Positions 29,354 through 39,521 of a DNA stretch of 64,000 nt are shown here, piece by piece. The notes below the pieces were generated by a model, which saw nothing but the letters and a program-made list of their open reading frames with translations, searched no databases and was not told the origin of the DNA. This DNA is from Alphaproteobacteria bacterium. Lineage in GTDB: Bacteria; Pseudomonadota; Alphaproteobacteria; UBA11222. Location: positions 9,495 to 73,494 of the forward strand of contig JBBQCS010000001.1 of assembly GCA_038318895.1 (NCBI GenBank), written 5' to 3'. The stretch's first letter is position 1; the number at the start of each line of letters is the position of its first letter. Position numbers and translations under genes: made by a program.

Positions 29354-30358
29354 ATGAGTAACAATCATAAGCCTTTACGACCGCCCGAGCCTACCTGCTG
29401 GGTTGTTACCGATGGCAATGCGGGGATGGAAAATCAGTGCCTGGGTCTGGCTGAAGCGCTGGGGGTCATCGCACAGGTCAAACGCCTTAGACTGCGTGCC
29501 CCGTGGGAGTGGCTGCCACCGCGGCTGGGCAGGCTGGCAAACCCGCTCGCGGGGCTGGATGCGCGCGGCGATATGCTTAATCCTCCCTGGCCGGATTTAT
29601 TGATCGCCACTGGGCGGCGAACTGTTGCCGTCAGCGCGATGATCAAGCGGCTGAACAGCAGGACCGTGACCGTGCAAATCCAGAACCCGCATTTTCCAGT
29701 GTCAGCCTTTGATCTGGTGGTGACGCCCGCGCATGACCGCCTGAGCGGCGCGAACGTGATCACGACGGCGGGTGCGCTGCACCGGGTTACGCGGGTGCGC
29801 CTGGATATGGCGGCGCAGGAATTTCGCAGCGCTCTGGCGCATCTGCCGCGGCCGTTGATTGCCGTGCTGATTGGCGGCGCCAACAAGGCGTACCGGATGA
29901 ATCCGCAAATCATTGCAAGATTTGCCGATAGCCTGCGTGATCTGGCAGCGGAAACCGGGTGCAGTTTTGCCGTCACGCCGTCACGCCGCACAGGAGATGA
30001 CAATATAGCCGCGTTGCGCAAGGGGCTGGCCGGGACGCCGCATACGCTTTGGGAGGGGGAGGGCGCCAATCCCTATTTCGGCTATCTGGGGTTGGCCGAC
30101 GCGGTGATTGTCACGTCGGACTCGGTCAATATGGTGAGCGAGGCTTGCGCATCCCAAAAACCGGTTTATGTATACAATCTTCCGGGCGGGTCGGCTAAAT
30201 TTAACGCCTTTCATACGGCAATGCGTGAAAGCGGCGCCGTGCGGCCCTTCATTCCGGGGCAGACAACGCGGCTTGAATCATGGACGCCGCCTGCGATTGA
30301 TGATACGGCCACGGTGGCCAGGGCGGTCAAACGCCTGCTTATTATTCGAAACAACTGA
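29354..30358 (+). CDS. ELM1/GtrOC1-family (DUF1022, mitochondrial-fission-ELM1-like) putative GT-B glycosyltransferase
   Basis: CWVVTDGNAGMENQCLGLAEALG is the characteristic N-terminal block of this family as I recall it; about 334 aa. The start is uncertain (GTG at 29324 or ATG at 29354). Confidence 0.55.
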   Translation: MSNNHKPLRPPEPTCWVVTDGNAGMENQCLGLAEALGVIAQVKRLRLRAPWEWLPPRLGRLANPLAGLDARGDMLNPPWPDLLIATGRRTVAVSAMIKRLNSRTVTVQIQNPHFPVSAFDLVVTPAHDRLSGANVITTAGALHRVTRVRLDMAAQEFRSALAHLPRPLIAVLIGGANKAYRMNPQIIARFADSLRDLAAETGCSFAVTPSRRTGDDNIAALRKGLAGTPHTLWEGEGANPYFGYLGLADAVIVTSDSVNMVSEACASQKPVYVYNLPGGSAKFNAFHTAMRESGAVRPFIPGQTTRLESWTPPAIDDTATVARAVKRLLIIRNN

Positions 30359-30368
30359 CGGATACGGC

Positions 30369-30992
30369 ATGCCGGTGCTTGATATAGCGGCTCTGCAGAT
30401 AGCCCCTTTGCAACATGATCCGTTTGATTATGTGCTGGTGCCCGGTTTTGTGAACGCGGCGGCGCTGGCGGATATCAACAGGGATTTTCCGGCGGTTCCC
30501 GGACCCGGCTCGTACCCCCCGGCGCGTCTGGATATTCGCGGGCGGTTTGGCACGTTGCTGGACGAACTGGATGGTGTGGAATTTCAGACGGCCATCGCGG
30601 AGAAATTTGGCGTCGATCTTTCCGGCTATCCCACCATGTTTACCGTGCGCGGGTTTTGCCGCTTGTCCGATGGCAAAATACACAATGACAGCGAAACCAA
30701 AATTATTACCGTACTGCTCTATCTGAACCCGCCATGGGAAGCCGGGGCGGGCCGTCTGCGATTATTGCGCGGCCCGGATGATCTGAACGATATGGCAGCG
30801 GAAGTGCCGCCCGATGGCGGCAGTCTGCTGGTGTTCCGCCGCGCTGCAAATAGCTGGCACGGGCATGAACCCTATGAAGGGCAGCGCCGCGCCATCCAGA
30901 TGAACTGGGTGCGTGATGCGGGTGTTGTTCGGCGCGAACAGTTGCGGCACCGTATATCGGCGGCGGCCAAACGCCTCGTTCCATTTGTGTGA
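30369..30992 (+). CDS. 2OG-Fe(II) oxygenase (prolyl-4-hydroxylase-like)
   Basis: HxD..H facial triad in the P4Hc-like arrangement (HNDSETKIITVLLYLNPPWEAGAGRLRLL ... SWHGH). The ATG at 30369 lies 10 nt after the upstream stop. Confidence 0.65.
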   Translation: MPVLDIAALQIAPLQHDPFDYVLVPGFVNAAALADINRDFPAVPGPGSYPPARLDIRGRFGTLLDELDGVEFQTAIAEKFGVDLSGYPTMFTVRGFCRLSDGKIHNDSETKIITVLLYLNPPWEAGAGRLRLLRGPDDLNDMAAEVPPDGGSLLVFRRAANSWHGHEPYEGQRRAIQMNWVRDAGVVRREQLRHRISAAAKRLVPFV

Positions 30993-30998
30993 GTGCAG

Positions 30999-32972
30999 AT
31001 GGCGCTGAACCTTGAAACTTTCTCTAACGCCGATATGAAAAGCGGCTGGCGGCCTGGCAATAATGCGGGCGGCCACTCGCTGTTCAAGGCGCTGGGTCAT
31101 CCGATGGCGGCGCGCCGCGGGCGGGCATTGTTTGACGCATGCCTGCAAAATGGCCCTATCGCGATTTACGATCCGCGCGGGGTCGCGGCGGCGTTCGATG
31201 CGCTGTTCGGAATTTCGCGTTGTGAGATTGAAAATATTTATGTGCAGCGTGTAGAAGATCAGGATACGGATATTTTAGGGAAATCCGCCAGATTGCTGAC
31301 GGAATTGCCGCAATCGAAGGCCAGGACACTGCTGGTCCTGTCGTTTGATGCGGCGCGCCTCACGGGACACTTGCAACCGTTGCTGCCGGCCGGCATGACT
31401 GTACGTTCACTGGACGAGATGCGCATTGACGCAGAGATGTTGACCAACACCGGCAATTATACTGACCCGCTGAATTTCGCGACGAATTTTGCGTTGTTCC
31501 GGGATGTGGCGGGCAGGGATGCACAGGGCGGGCTGCACACCACCATTACGACCGCAAATTACTGGGGCATGCAGGGGGCGGAAAACCCCGGACTGTGGCT
31601 ATGCCTGTTCGATGCGAATGGAAATGTGCTGGCGGAGTGGCATGAGCCGTTGCCGCAGGCAGGCGCGTTGATCCGAATTGACAGCCGTGAGGTGCGCGCG
31701 CGTTTTGGCCTAGGGGATTTTTGCGGATCGTTGTTCATGCATGCGCTGCGCGTGGTGAAACATGACATCGTCAAATATGCGCTGGATATTCATGGGGAAG
31801 ACGGGGCCGCGCTTTCGTGCAGTCATGACGCCAATGCGTGGCCAGCAGATTTTTATGCGGGGATGCCTGCGGCACAGTCCGATGAGCGCGTGATCCTGCA
31901 TATTCAGAACAGTCACCCGACACCTATCCCTGCAGGCATTATCGGGCTTGGCATTATGGGCGGGCGATCGGTCAACAGACTGGAGATCGAAATCGCGCCG
32001 TTCGCCACTTACGCACTGGACGTGGCGCAGCTATTGCCGCAGGCGCGTTGGCCCGATCAGGTCGAAATTCATGCCGGACGCTATTTCGTCCGTCCACGCT
32101 ATGAAACCGTGCGGGGCGACGGACGCAGGCGGATTGCCCACGCCAACGTCGAACGCACCGATTTGCAGTCTGATCCGCGTATTCCACAGCTGTCCAAAAG
32201 CATGGGCAAGGCCTATCTTATGCCGCTGCCGGTGCCGCCATTGAAAGAGTTTTCCTCGTTGATGCTGCCAACGCCCATGGCGGCCGGTCAGCGGGAATTG
32301 CCCGTGCGGGCGGAACTTTATGATGCGAACGGTGACAAGGTTGCAGAACATTTCATGGGGCGTCTGCAGCGGCGCGACAGTGTTCCACTGAGCATTGACA
32401 GCTGGTTGAGACAATCGGGTGCGACGCTTGCATCCGGGTCCGGGCATATCGAGTTTCTGTATGATTTTCGCGATGGCGGCGAGGCGGATGGCTGGCTGCA
32501 TGCGCTGGGGAAATATACGCTGCGTTCGAGCGGCCATCAGGCGGAAACAATTTTCGGCGCACATATTTATAACGTGCCAGTGATATATAAGGACGAGCCG
32601 CAATCCTACACTGATACCCCGCCGGGGTTGTCGACCCGGCTGTTTCTGCGGCTGGGGCAAAATCTTGGAATAAAAATGGATGCGCTGTGCCATCTGATTT
32701 ATCCGGCGTCACTTCCCTGGCATAAAAAATCCAGTACACAGATCATTCTGCATGATGGCGATGGTCAGGTCGTGGCGCAAAAACAGGTTGCCATTAAGTG
32801 CAGTGGCAGCCTGTTCTGGCGCTATTCGGAAATGTTTGACGCAGGAGATCGCAAGGCGGCGGGTCCAGGCGCCTATGTCATCGTGCGCGACGCCACCTGC
32901 CGTCTGTTTGGCTTTCACGGGCTTATGCATGGAACCACCAGTTTCAGCCTGGATCACATGTTCGGATTTTAG
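30999..32972 (+). CDS. Hypothetical 657-aa cytoplasmic protein with an internal tandem repeat, family unknown
   Basis: The ATG is 6 nt after the oxygenase stop, so translationally coupled. There are no TM helices or signal peptide and no motif I recognise. The repeat blocks LFDANGNVLAEW..IRIDS and LYDANGDKVAEH..LSIDS indicate a roughly 230-aa duplication. Confidence 0.5.
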   Translation: MALNLETFSNADMKSGWRPGNNAGGHSLFKALGHPMAARRGRALFDACLQNGPIAIYDPRGVAAAFDALFGISRCEIENIYVQRVEDQDTDILGKSARLLTELPQSKARTLLVLSFDAARLTGHLQPLLPAGMTVRSLDEMRIDAEMLTNTGNYTDPLNFATNFALFRDVAGRDAQGGLHTTITTANYWGMQGAENPGLWLCLFDANGNVLAEWHEPLPQAGALIRIDSREVRARFGLGDFCGSLFMHALRVVKHDIVKYALDIHGEDGAALSCSHDANAWPADFYAGMPAAQSDERVILHIQNSHPTPIPAGIIGLGIMGGRSVNRLEIEIAPFATYALDVAQLLPQARWPDQVEIHAGRYFVRPRYETVRGDGRRRIAHANVERTDLQSDPRIPQLSKSMGKAYLMPLPVPPLKEFSSLMLPTPMAAGQRELPVRAELYDANGDKVAEHFMGRLQRRDSVPLSIDSWLRQSGATLASGSGHIEFLYDFRDGGEADGWLHALGKYTLRSSGHQAETIFGAHIYNVPVIYKDEPQSYTDTPPGLSTRLFLRLGQNLGIKMDALCHLIYPASLPWHKKSSTQIILHDGDGQVVAQKQVAIKCSGSLFWRYSEMFDAGDRKAAGPGAYVIVRDATCRLFGFHGLMHGTTSFSLDHMFGF

Positions 32973-33131
32973 CTCACGCCGGTTACGCTACTTTGCGCCG
33001 ATATTGCGCCTGTTGATTTTCCGATAGCCTGGTCTTAAGTCCGCCTTTTGCGCCCTGCCCGTGACGGTGAATCCCGATACTCAACAAACCCCGGAACGAG
33101 ATAGGTATGGCATACTAAAATACTCCTGCCG

Positions 33132-33986
33132 TCATTCCTTCTTGCCTGTTTCGCGGTAATCGCCGAAGTCCGCGTCGCGGTTGCTGAGGGCGGTGGTGAG
33201 GCCCTGCTCGCCGATGGATTTGATCCAGGTTTGTGAGGTTTCGGTAAAACTGGCCAGGCCCTGAATTTCGGTGGTGGCGCGAAGCGCGGCGCGAATGCCC
33301 ATAATGTCCATCTGGCGGTGCACGCTGCGCTTGTTGAACTGTTGCAGATCTGGCGGCACCTTGGCTACGCGGGCCGCCATTTCCAGCACCTTGGCCTCCA
33401 GCTGATCCGCAGGGACCGAGGCGTTGGCGAAACCGCATTCGGCGGCCTCGATCCCGGTCATGCTGTCGCCGGTCAGCATCATTTCCATGCCCTTGCGCAT
33501 GCCCATCACCCAGGGGAAGAACTGATTGTCCGGCGGGCTGATGGAACGCACCGGCGGATAGCCGATCTTGGCGTCATCGGCCACATAGATCAGATCGCAG
33601 GACTGCGCCAGTTCCATGCCGCCCGCCAGGCAATAGCCGGTAACCTGGGCGATGACCGGTTTCGCCAGATCCCAGATGTAAAAACAGCCCTCAAGCACGT
33701 GACGCGGCCAGTTGGCGAGGCCGCCTGCGGTGTAATAGGGCTGGCCCTTGGTCACATTGGTTTTCAGGTCATACCCGGCGCTGAACGCTTTTTCATTGCC
33801 GCGAATGATCATCACGCGCACGGAACGGTCCTGATCGGCGCGCGTGAGTGCGTCGAACAGCTCGCCGCGCAGGGCGTTGCTGAGTGCATTGCGCGCCTCG
33901 GGCCGGTTCAGGGTGATGCGGCGGATATGTTCGGTTCCCGGCGGGGTGTCGACGATTACATATTTATAGTCGGGGGTATCGCTCAT
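33132..33986 (-). CDS. Enoyl-CoA hydratase/isomerase (crotonase) family protein
   Basis: Crotonase fold motifs (AFSAGYDL, oxyanion-hole region). SD GGAGG 7 nt upstream of the ATG at 33986. Confidence 0.8.
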   Translation of the reverse strand: MSDTPDYKYVIVDTPPGTEHIRRITLNRPEARNALSNALRGELFDALTRADQDRSVRVMIIRGNEKAFSAGYDLKTNVTKGQPYYTAGGLANWPRHVLEGCFYIWDLAKPVIAQVTGYCLAGGMELAQSCDLIYVADDAKIGYPPVRSISPPDNQFFPWVMGMRKGMEMMLTGDSMTGIEAAECGFANASVPADQLEAKVLEMAARVAKVPPDLQQFNKRSVHRQMDIMGIRAALRATTEIQGLASFTETSQTWIKSIGEQGLTTALSNRDADFGDYRETGKKE

Positions 33987-34051
33987 CTGGTTTCCTCCCA
34001 CGTTTATTTCAGGTTACAATAGAAGCTATTGGCATATTAGAGGAAGCTGAC

Positions 34052-34963
34052 ATGCAAAGCGAAGTGAAACAGGTGCAACTGGTCGAGGTTGGTCCGCGCG
34101 ACGGTCTGCAAAATGACCCTACTTTGCTGGATGTGGACACCCGGATCGAGTTCATCACCCGGCTGGTGGATACAGGGGTGAAACGCATCGAGGCGGTCAG
34201 TTTCGTCAATGACAAACGGGTTCCTGCCATGGCCGGGGCGGAGGCGGTAATGGCGGGCGTGCCGCGCGGGCGCGGCGTCAGCTATATCGGGCTGGCGCTG
34301 AACACGCGCGGGTTTGACCGTGCGGTGCTGGCTGGTGTGGACGAGGTGAACTATGTCGTCTGCGCGTCCGACACCTTCAACCAGCGCAATCAGGGTGCCC
34401 CGCGCGCCGCCACCCTTGCCGCCATGCACGATATTGCCAGCAAAGCCAGGGACGCCGGGCTGCCATGCAGCCTGACGGTCGCCACCGCGTTCGGCTGCCC
34501 GTTCGAAGGCGAAGTGGATGTAGCCGTTGTATCCGAAATCGCGCGCCAGGCGGCGGATGCAGGCATTACCGAACTGGGCCTTGCAGATACTATCGGGGTT
34601 GCAACGCCGTTAAACGTCAAGACTTTGGTGGCCGCCGCCCGCGCCGCCGCGCCGGGCATGGCGTTACGCTGTCATTTTCACAATACCCGTAATACCGGCA
34701 TCGTGAACGCCTATGCGGCGGTGGAGGCAGGGATAAGCGTGCTTGACGCGAGTACCGCCGGCATCGGCGGGTGTCCGTTCGCACCCAAGGCGACCGGCAA
34801 TATCGGCAGCGAAGATCTGCTGTATATGCTGCATCGCATGGGGATTGAAACCGGCATTGATCTGCCCAAACTGATCGAGGTGGCGAAATGGCTGGAAGGG
34901 GCGCTGGGCCACGCAACATTCGCGCAGGTCAGCCGGGCCGGCCTGTTCCCGGCTGCGGCCTAG
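34052..34963 (+). CDS. Hydroxymethylglutaryl-CoA lyase
   Basis: HMGL-like TIM-barrel protein (VEVGPRDGLQN, E..CxxAxGG, HFHNTRNTG). Confidence 0.85.
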   Translation: MQSEVKQVQLVEVGPRDGLQNDPTLLDVDTRIEFITRLVDTGVKRIEAVSFVNDKRVPAMAGAEAVMAGVPRGRGVSYIGLALNTRGFDRAVLAGVDEVNYVVCASDTFNQRNQGAPRAATLAAMHDIASKARDAGLPCSLTVATAFGCPFEGEVDVAVVSEIARQAADAGITELGLADTIGVATPLNVKTLVAAARAAAPGMALRCHFHNTRNTGIVNAYAAVEAGISVLDASTAGIGGCPFAPKATGNIGSEDLLYMLHRMGIETGIDLPKLIEVAKWLEGALGHATFAQVSRAGLFPAAA

Positions 34964-34966
34964 GGC

Positions 34967-35767
34967 ATGACCACACTCACGATTGCCAGCTGGAACATCA
35001 ACTCTGTCCGGCTACGGATTGATACAGTAGCGCGGTTTTTGCAGGAATATCAGCCTGACGTGCTATGCCTGCAGGAGACCAAAGTGGTCAATGATCAGTT
35101 CCCGGATAAGATGTTCCGAAAACTGGGCTATGACTCCATCGCGCTGAACGGGCAAAAAGCGTATCACGGTGTAGCCATTCTATCGCGGGTTCCATTTGAG
35201 GCGATGGATCTACGGGAATTTTGCGATAAGGGCGACGCGCGGCATGTGGCGGTGACGCTGCCGGGAGATATAGAATTACATAATTTCTATGTGCCTGCGG
35301 GCGGCGACGAACCGGACCCGGCGTTAAACGTCAAGTTCGCCCACAAGCTAGCGTTCCTCAGCGAAATGGCGGACTGGTTTGAAGCCTGGCCGCGGCAAAG
35401 TAAGCATCGCATTCTTGTGGGCGATCTGAATGTCGCGCCGCTGGAGCATGACGTTTGGTCGCACAAACAGATGCTGAAAGTGGTCAGCCATACCCCTATT
35501 GAGGTGGACCATCTCGCCCGAGTTCAAGACGCGCATGGCTGGATCGATGTGGCGCGGCAATTTATCCCGCCCGAGGAGAAGCACTACACCTGGTGGAGCT
35601 ATCGCGCCGCCGACTGGCTGGCCAGCAATCGCGGGCGCAGGCTGGATCATATTTGGGTGTCGCCCGGGCTGGCGGATACGCCCAGGGCGTTTACTGTGGC
35701 CCAGGCGGTGCGCGGCTGGCCAAAACCCTCCGACCACGCGCCTATCCTGGCGAGCCTTGAAGTGTAG
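34967..35767 (+). CDS. xthA: Exodeoxyribonuclease III
   Basis: IASWNINSVR..LCLQETK AP-endonuclease N-terminus; C-terminal SDHAP. Confidence 0.9.
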   Translation: MTTLTIASWNINSVRLRIDTVARFLQEYQPDVLCLQETKVVNDQFPDKMFRKLGYDSIALNGQKAYHGVAILSRVPFEAMDLREFCDKGDARHVAVTLPGDIELHNFYVPAGGDEPDPALNVKFAHKLAFLSEMADWFEAWPRQSKHRILVGDLNVAPLEHDVWSHKQMLKVVSHTPIEVDHLARVQDAHGWIDVARQFIPPEEKHYTWWSYRAADWLASNRGRRLDHIWVSPGLADTPRAFTVAQAVRGWPKPSDHAPILASLEV

Positions 35768-35814
35768 CTGGGGCTTTTGGGCCAATTGAGAATAAGCCTT
35801 TTCGGCGAAGCAAA

Positions 35815-36672
35815 TCAGCCCACTGCAATATTATCCAGCAGCCGGGTTTTACCAATACGCGCAGCCACGATCAGGCGGGCCGGGCGGGCGCCGACGTGGG
35901 TGAGCGGCGTCAGATCCTCAGCATCGCACAGTTCCAGATAATCGACGCTGTCAAATCCGCCGCGCAATAATTCGTCGCGGCCCCATGCAAGATGTGCGTC
36001 CGCGTCCGATCCATCGCAAAGCCGCTTCGCCACCGCTTGCAAAGTGCGCGGCAGCGCCAGCGCCTGACTGCGCTGCGCCGGGCTGAGGTAAGCATTACGC
36101 GAAGATAGCGCCAAACTGTCCGCCTCGCGCACCGTGGGCACGCCCACAATGTCAGTTGGAATATCCAGATCGCGCGCCATGCGCGTGATGGTTTTTAGTT
36201 GCTGATAATCTTTCTCGCCGAAAAACGCGGCGTCCGGCAGCACCTGCAACAGAAGTTTGGTGACAACTGTGGTCACGCCCTGAAAGTGTCCGGGCCGGGC
36301 GGCGCCGCACAGGCTCTCGGTCAGGCCCGTAACATTGACAGTCGTCGCGGTTCCAGGCGGATACATGATATCGACGGTGGGCAGATACACCAGATCAGCC
36401 TGCGCCGTTTCAAGTTTTGCGATATCGGCGTTCTCGTCGCGCGGATAGGCGTCAAAGTCTTCATTGGGGCCGAACTGCGTTGGATTGACGAAAATCGAAA
36501 CCACGACTTTGTCGCAACGCTGTTTTGCAGTCCGGACCAGGGTGATATGGCCGTCATGCAGCGCGCCCATGGTCGGCACGAAGCCGATGCGCAACCCCTG
36601 CGAACGCCACGCTCGCACCTGGGCGCGCAGATCAGGTATGGTGCGGACGGCCGCAATAGTCGAAATACCCAT
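35815..36672 (-). CDS. panC: Pantoate--beta-alanine ligase
   Basis: VPTMGALHDGH HIGH-type motif; 285 aa. Confidence 0.9.
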   Translation of the reverse strand: MGISTIAAVRTIPDLRAQVRAWRSQGLRIGFVPTMGALHDGHITLVRTAKQRCDKVVVSIFVNPTQFGPNEDFDAYPRDENADIAKLETAQADLVYLPTVDIMYPPGTATTVNVTGLTESLCGAARPGHFQGVTTVVTKLLLQVLPDAAFFGEKDYQQLKTITRMARDLDIPTDIVGVPTVREADSLALSSRNAYLSPAQRSQALALPRTLQAVAKRLCDGSDADAHLAWGRDELLRGGFDSVDYLELCDAEDLTPLTHVGARPARLIVAARIGKTRLLDNIAVG

Positions 36673-36702
36673 CCGTTACACCAGATTTAATCCGTGAGCT
36701 AA

Positions 36703-37560
36703 TTAACCGGCAATTTGGGTGATGCGGGTTTTGGGCGTCTGCTGTTTCTGCTTGTAGACATTTTTTTGGGCCGGAAACTCACGCGTGCGCACCGCGCTCG
36801 CATACGCGTCAATGGCGCGCTGGGTTTCGCCGGCGACATCTCCGAACACCTGAACGAATTTGGGGACATCCGTGCCGAAAACGCCCGTCATGTCCTCGCT
36901 GACCAGTATCTGGCCGTCGCAGGCCGATGACGCGCCAATGCCGATGGTCGGTATGTCCACGCGCGCCGTAATATTTTTCGCCAGATCTTCAACCATGCCT
37001 TCCAGAACAATGCAGAACGCACCGGCCTCGGCAATGGCGACGCTGTCGTCGAGAATGGCTTGCGCTTCGCGTTCGCCGTGGCCGCGGGAGCGGTAACCGC
37101 CCAGCGTGTTGACCATTTGCGGCCGCAGGCCCGTATGCCCCATCACCGGAATGCCGCGTTGGGTCAGGAAATGCACCGTCTCGGCCATTTCGCGTCCGCC
37201 TTCCAGCTTGATTCCCGCGCATCCGGTTTCCTGCATCACGCGCGCGCAGTTGCGAAAGGCAGTCTCGGGGGATTCCTGTGTAGTGCCAAAGGGCATATCC
37301 ACGATGACGCAGGCGCGTTTTGAGCCGCGCATGACCGCCTGGCCGTGGGCGATCATCATATCGAGCGTAACCCCCAATGTGCTTTCCATACCGTACAGCA
37401 CCATGCCGAGTGAATCGCCGACCAACATCAGATCAACCACTTCATCCATCATTCGCGCCATGGGCGTGGTGTAAGCGGTTAAACAAACAAGCGGCGTGCC
37501 GCCTTTCCGTGAACGGATCGCCGGCGCCGTGATGCGGCAAACGGTATTGGTTTTGCTCAT
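36703..37560 (-). CDS. panB: 3-methyl-2-oxobutanoate hydroxymethyltransferase
   Basis: PanB signature ([20 protein letters not shown]). Confidence 0.9.
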   Translation of the reverse strand: MSKTNTVCRITAPAIRSRKGGTPLVCLTAYTTPMARMMDEVVDLMLVGDSLGMVLYGMESTLGVTLDMMIAHGQAVMRGSKRACVIVDMPFGTTQESPETAFRNCARVMQETGCAGIKLEGGREMAETVHFLTQRGIPVMGHTGLRPQMVNTLGGYRSRGHGEREAQAILDDSVAIAEAGAFCIVLEGMVEDLAKNITARVDIPTIGIGASSACDGQILVSEDMTGVFGTDVPKFVQVFGDVAGETQRAIDAYASAVRTREFPAQKNVYKQKQQTPKTRITQIAG

Positions 37561-37680
37561 CGTGATGTCTCCCTGGAACCCACCAGTCTACGCCAGTTTC
37601 CGGTCTAGTTGGGTTGGGACTATAGTCATTATTTTGTCATAAAGCGATTCATATGTTCGGTAGAAAACAGAATTTTCGCG

Positions 37681-38577
37681 TCAGCGAATGGCCCCCTGAC
37701 GATACAGGCGATATAATAGCTGGGGTGCGGCCAATATGGGGTGGCGGCGCTGCCAGGGGCGTAAGGCCAGGGCGTAACCTGAATGCCGCTCCACCTTCCA
37801 CAGCAGGTATTCCACACCACCTTCAAAGGTGAACGCCCCTTTGCAGAGGCGCTGGACGGACAGAATTTTACCGGCATAGCGCCTCAGCGCCCAAATGCCG
37901 CGTACCTGGTCTGACAGGCGCGGGAATTCTAATTCAAGCGCATTAAAAATGCTGTCATAATAGACAGGATCATTGTCATAAATAAGGTGCGGCCGGTTGC
38001 CGCGTTCCACCCGCAATTCTGCACCATAGGTGAGGGCGAAAAGCTGCGTCCAGAATACCGATGATGTGGTGGTCACAGGGTTACATTTAATCGCCCAACC
38101 GCATGCGGTGCGTGCAGCCTGGATCAACGCCGCAATCAGCCGTTTTTTTGCCGTATCGTCGGCGGCGTATAATAAGGATGAAGGCTGCGTGAAACGCGCC
38201 CACATGGTGGTGTCCAGTGCGTCCTGACGCACCCGCCGGGTGAACTGGTCCAGCGAAATTACAGTCACTTTCGCGGCTACCGCTTCGGCCGCGTCGCCCA
38301 GACGCATAAATGACACATCGGGTGGCAGCAGCCGGTTCATCAGGGAGCGGAATATTGATCCATGATAGTCGCGATACCGGTCCACCAATACATAAAAATC
38401 CAGGATGCCTCCGGGTTGATCACTGCGGCGGCAGGAGCCATAGAACAGGATGGCCTGTACGCTATTCCCATGGGCGGCCAGGATGGCGTCCGCTACTGTT
38501 TGGGCGGCGATACTGGGGGGCTGCGCCAGGGTGGATTCGATCAGCATTTTCAGGGCGTGGTCCGCGGCGCCGTTCAT
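37681..38577 (-). CDS. Nucleotidyltransferase-fold protein resembling Tam41/Mmp37 (mitochondrial-type CDP-diacylglycerol synthase family)
   Basis: NTase-like hG[GS]..Dh.h pattern (ILFYGSCRRSDQPGGILDFYVLVD). Downstream blocks (DYHGSIFRSLMNRL; KVTVISLDQF..TMWARFTQPSSLLY) resemble Tam41 as I recall it. The ATG overlaps the upstream kinase stop (ATGA). The family assignment is unverified. Confidence 0.4.
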   Translation of the reverse strand: MNGAADHALKMLIESTLAQPPSIAAQTVADAILAAHGNSVQAILFYGSCRRSDQPGGILDFYVLVDRYRDYHGSIFRSLMNRLLPPDVSFMRLGDAAEAVAAKVTVISLDQFTRRVRQDALDTTMWARFTQPSSLLYAADDTAKKRLIAALIQAARTACGWAIKCNPVTTTSSVFWTQLFALTYGAELRVERGNRPHLIYDNDPVYYDSIFNALELEFPRLSDQVRGIWALRRYAGKILSVQRLCKGAFTFEGGVEYLLWKVERHSGYALALRPWQRRHPILAAPQLLYRLYRQGAIR

Positions 38578-39521
38578 GGATGCACGAAATCCACTGTGCG
38601 GCGCGCGGAAAGCTCGATCAATCCGGAAGGTCCGGGATCAAACAACTCACCATCAACAGTAAAACGTGATGTCAGGCGCAGCGTCAGACGATCAGCGCTG
38701 CCACTACGGTATCCGGCGGCTTCCATCCATGGCCGGGGGCGTCCGCGCAGCACGGGCAACAGGGCCGCGGCCAGGCTTTTGGGCGGACCATTAATAGCCG
38801 TATAGCGGACGGCGCCGCCTTGTGGTCCCCAGAACGGGTTAAGCCCCAGGATGATCCGCTGCAAACTTGTCGCCAGCATAATAAACTGTTCACCTTCACA
38901 TATCTTGCCGCCATCGGCGGTCAGGACCATCGGCGTGCTGTCCCCCGCAGGGCCGCGTATGTTGCGCACAAGCATGGAAGCAATCGTCCATGCGACCGCC
39001 AGTCCGTGATACAGACCCAGCGCATTGGCTTCAGTTTGCGCCAGTTCGGTACCCGCCGAAAAGGCCCCTGCGCCAAAAAACAATCCGCAGATGGGCGCTC
39101 CGGGGCAATCCTTGCGGCTAATTTCCAATATGGGGCGGTGGACCCTCTTGCGGTCCAGCTCACCTTTCCGGGCGGCGTCCAGCACCTGCTGCAGCCCTGC
39201 GGGCCCGTGGCGCGCCGAGCCGACATCATAGGCGGCAAGATTGGTTTTGCCGCCTGGAATGATCGTCAGGGCCGGCCGCCATTCCGGATCAACCCGCCAC
39301 AACCCCGTAAGCACGTCGCGCACCGTGCCGTCACCGCCATTGATGGCGATGACATTCACGTCCTGCTGTTTGAAGCGGGTCAGGACGGTTAACAAATCGG
39401 TCTGTGTTTCGGGTTCGGCAAAGCCGGCCAGATGTGCGCACGCCGCGACATCGCGCAGCGTTGCGGGGCCGTGCAGGTTACGGTGGCTTTTCGGGTTGCT
39501 GATGATGGCCAGCCGGTTCAA
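38574..39521 (-). CDS. DAGK-catalytic-domain lipid kinase (YegS / sphingosine-ceramide-diacylglycerol kinase family)
   Basis: NGGDGTV motif. The likely TTG start at 39521 overlaps the TGA of the upstream gene (TTGA). The ORF track extends to 39617 but would then overlap the upstream CDS by 100 nt. Confidence 0.6.
   Translation of the reverse strand: MNRLAIISNPKSHRNLHGPATLRDVAACAHLAGFAEPETQTDLLTVLTRFKQQDVNVIAINGGDGTVRDVLTGLWRVDPEWRPALTIIPGGKTNLAAYDVGSARHGPAGLQQVLDAARKGELDRKRVHRPILEISRKDCPGAPICGLFFGAGAFSAGTELAQTEANALGLYHGLAVAWTIASMLVRNIRGPAGDSTPMVLTADGGKICEGEQFIMLATSLQRIILGLNPFWGPQGGAVRYTAINGPPKSLAAALLPVLRGRPRPWMEAAGYRSGSADRLTLRLTSRFTVDGELFDPGPSGLIELSARRTVDFVHP

Noticed and set aside
30168-30368. 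Upstream extension of the 2OG oxygenase ORF (track start 30168)
   Set aside because: It would overlap the ELM1-like gene by 190 nt in another frame. The internal ATG at 30369 sits just after that gene's stop and gives a normal-length oxygenase.
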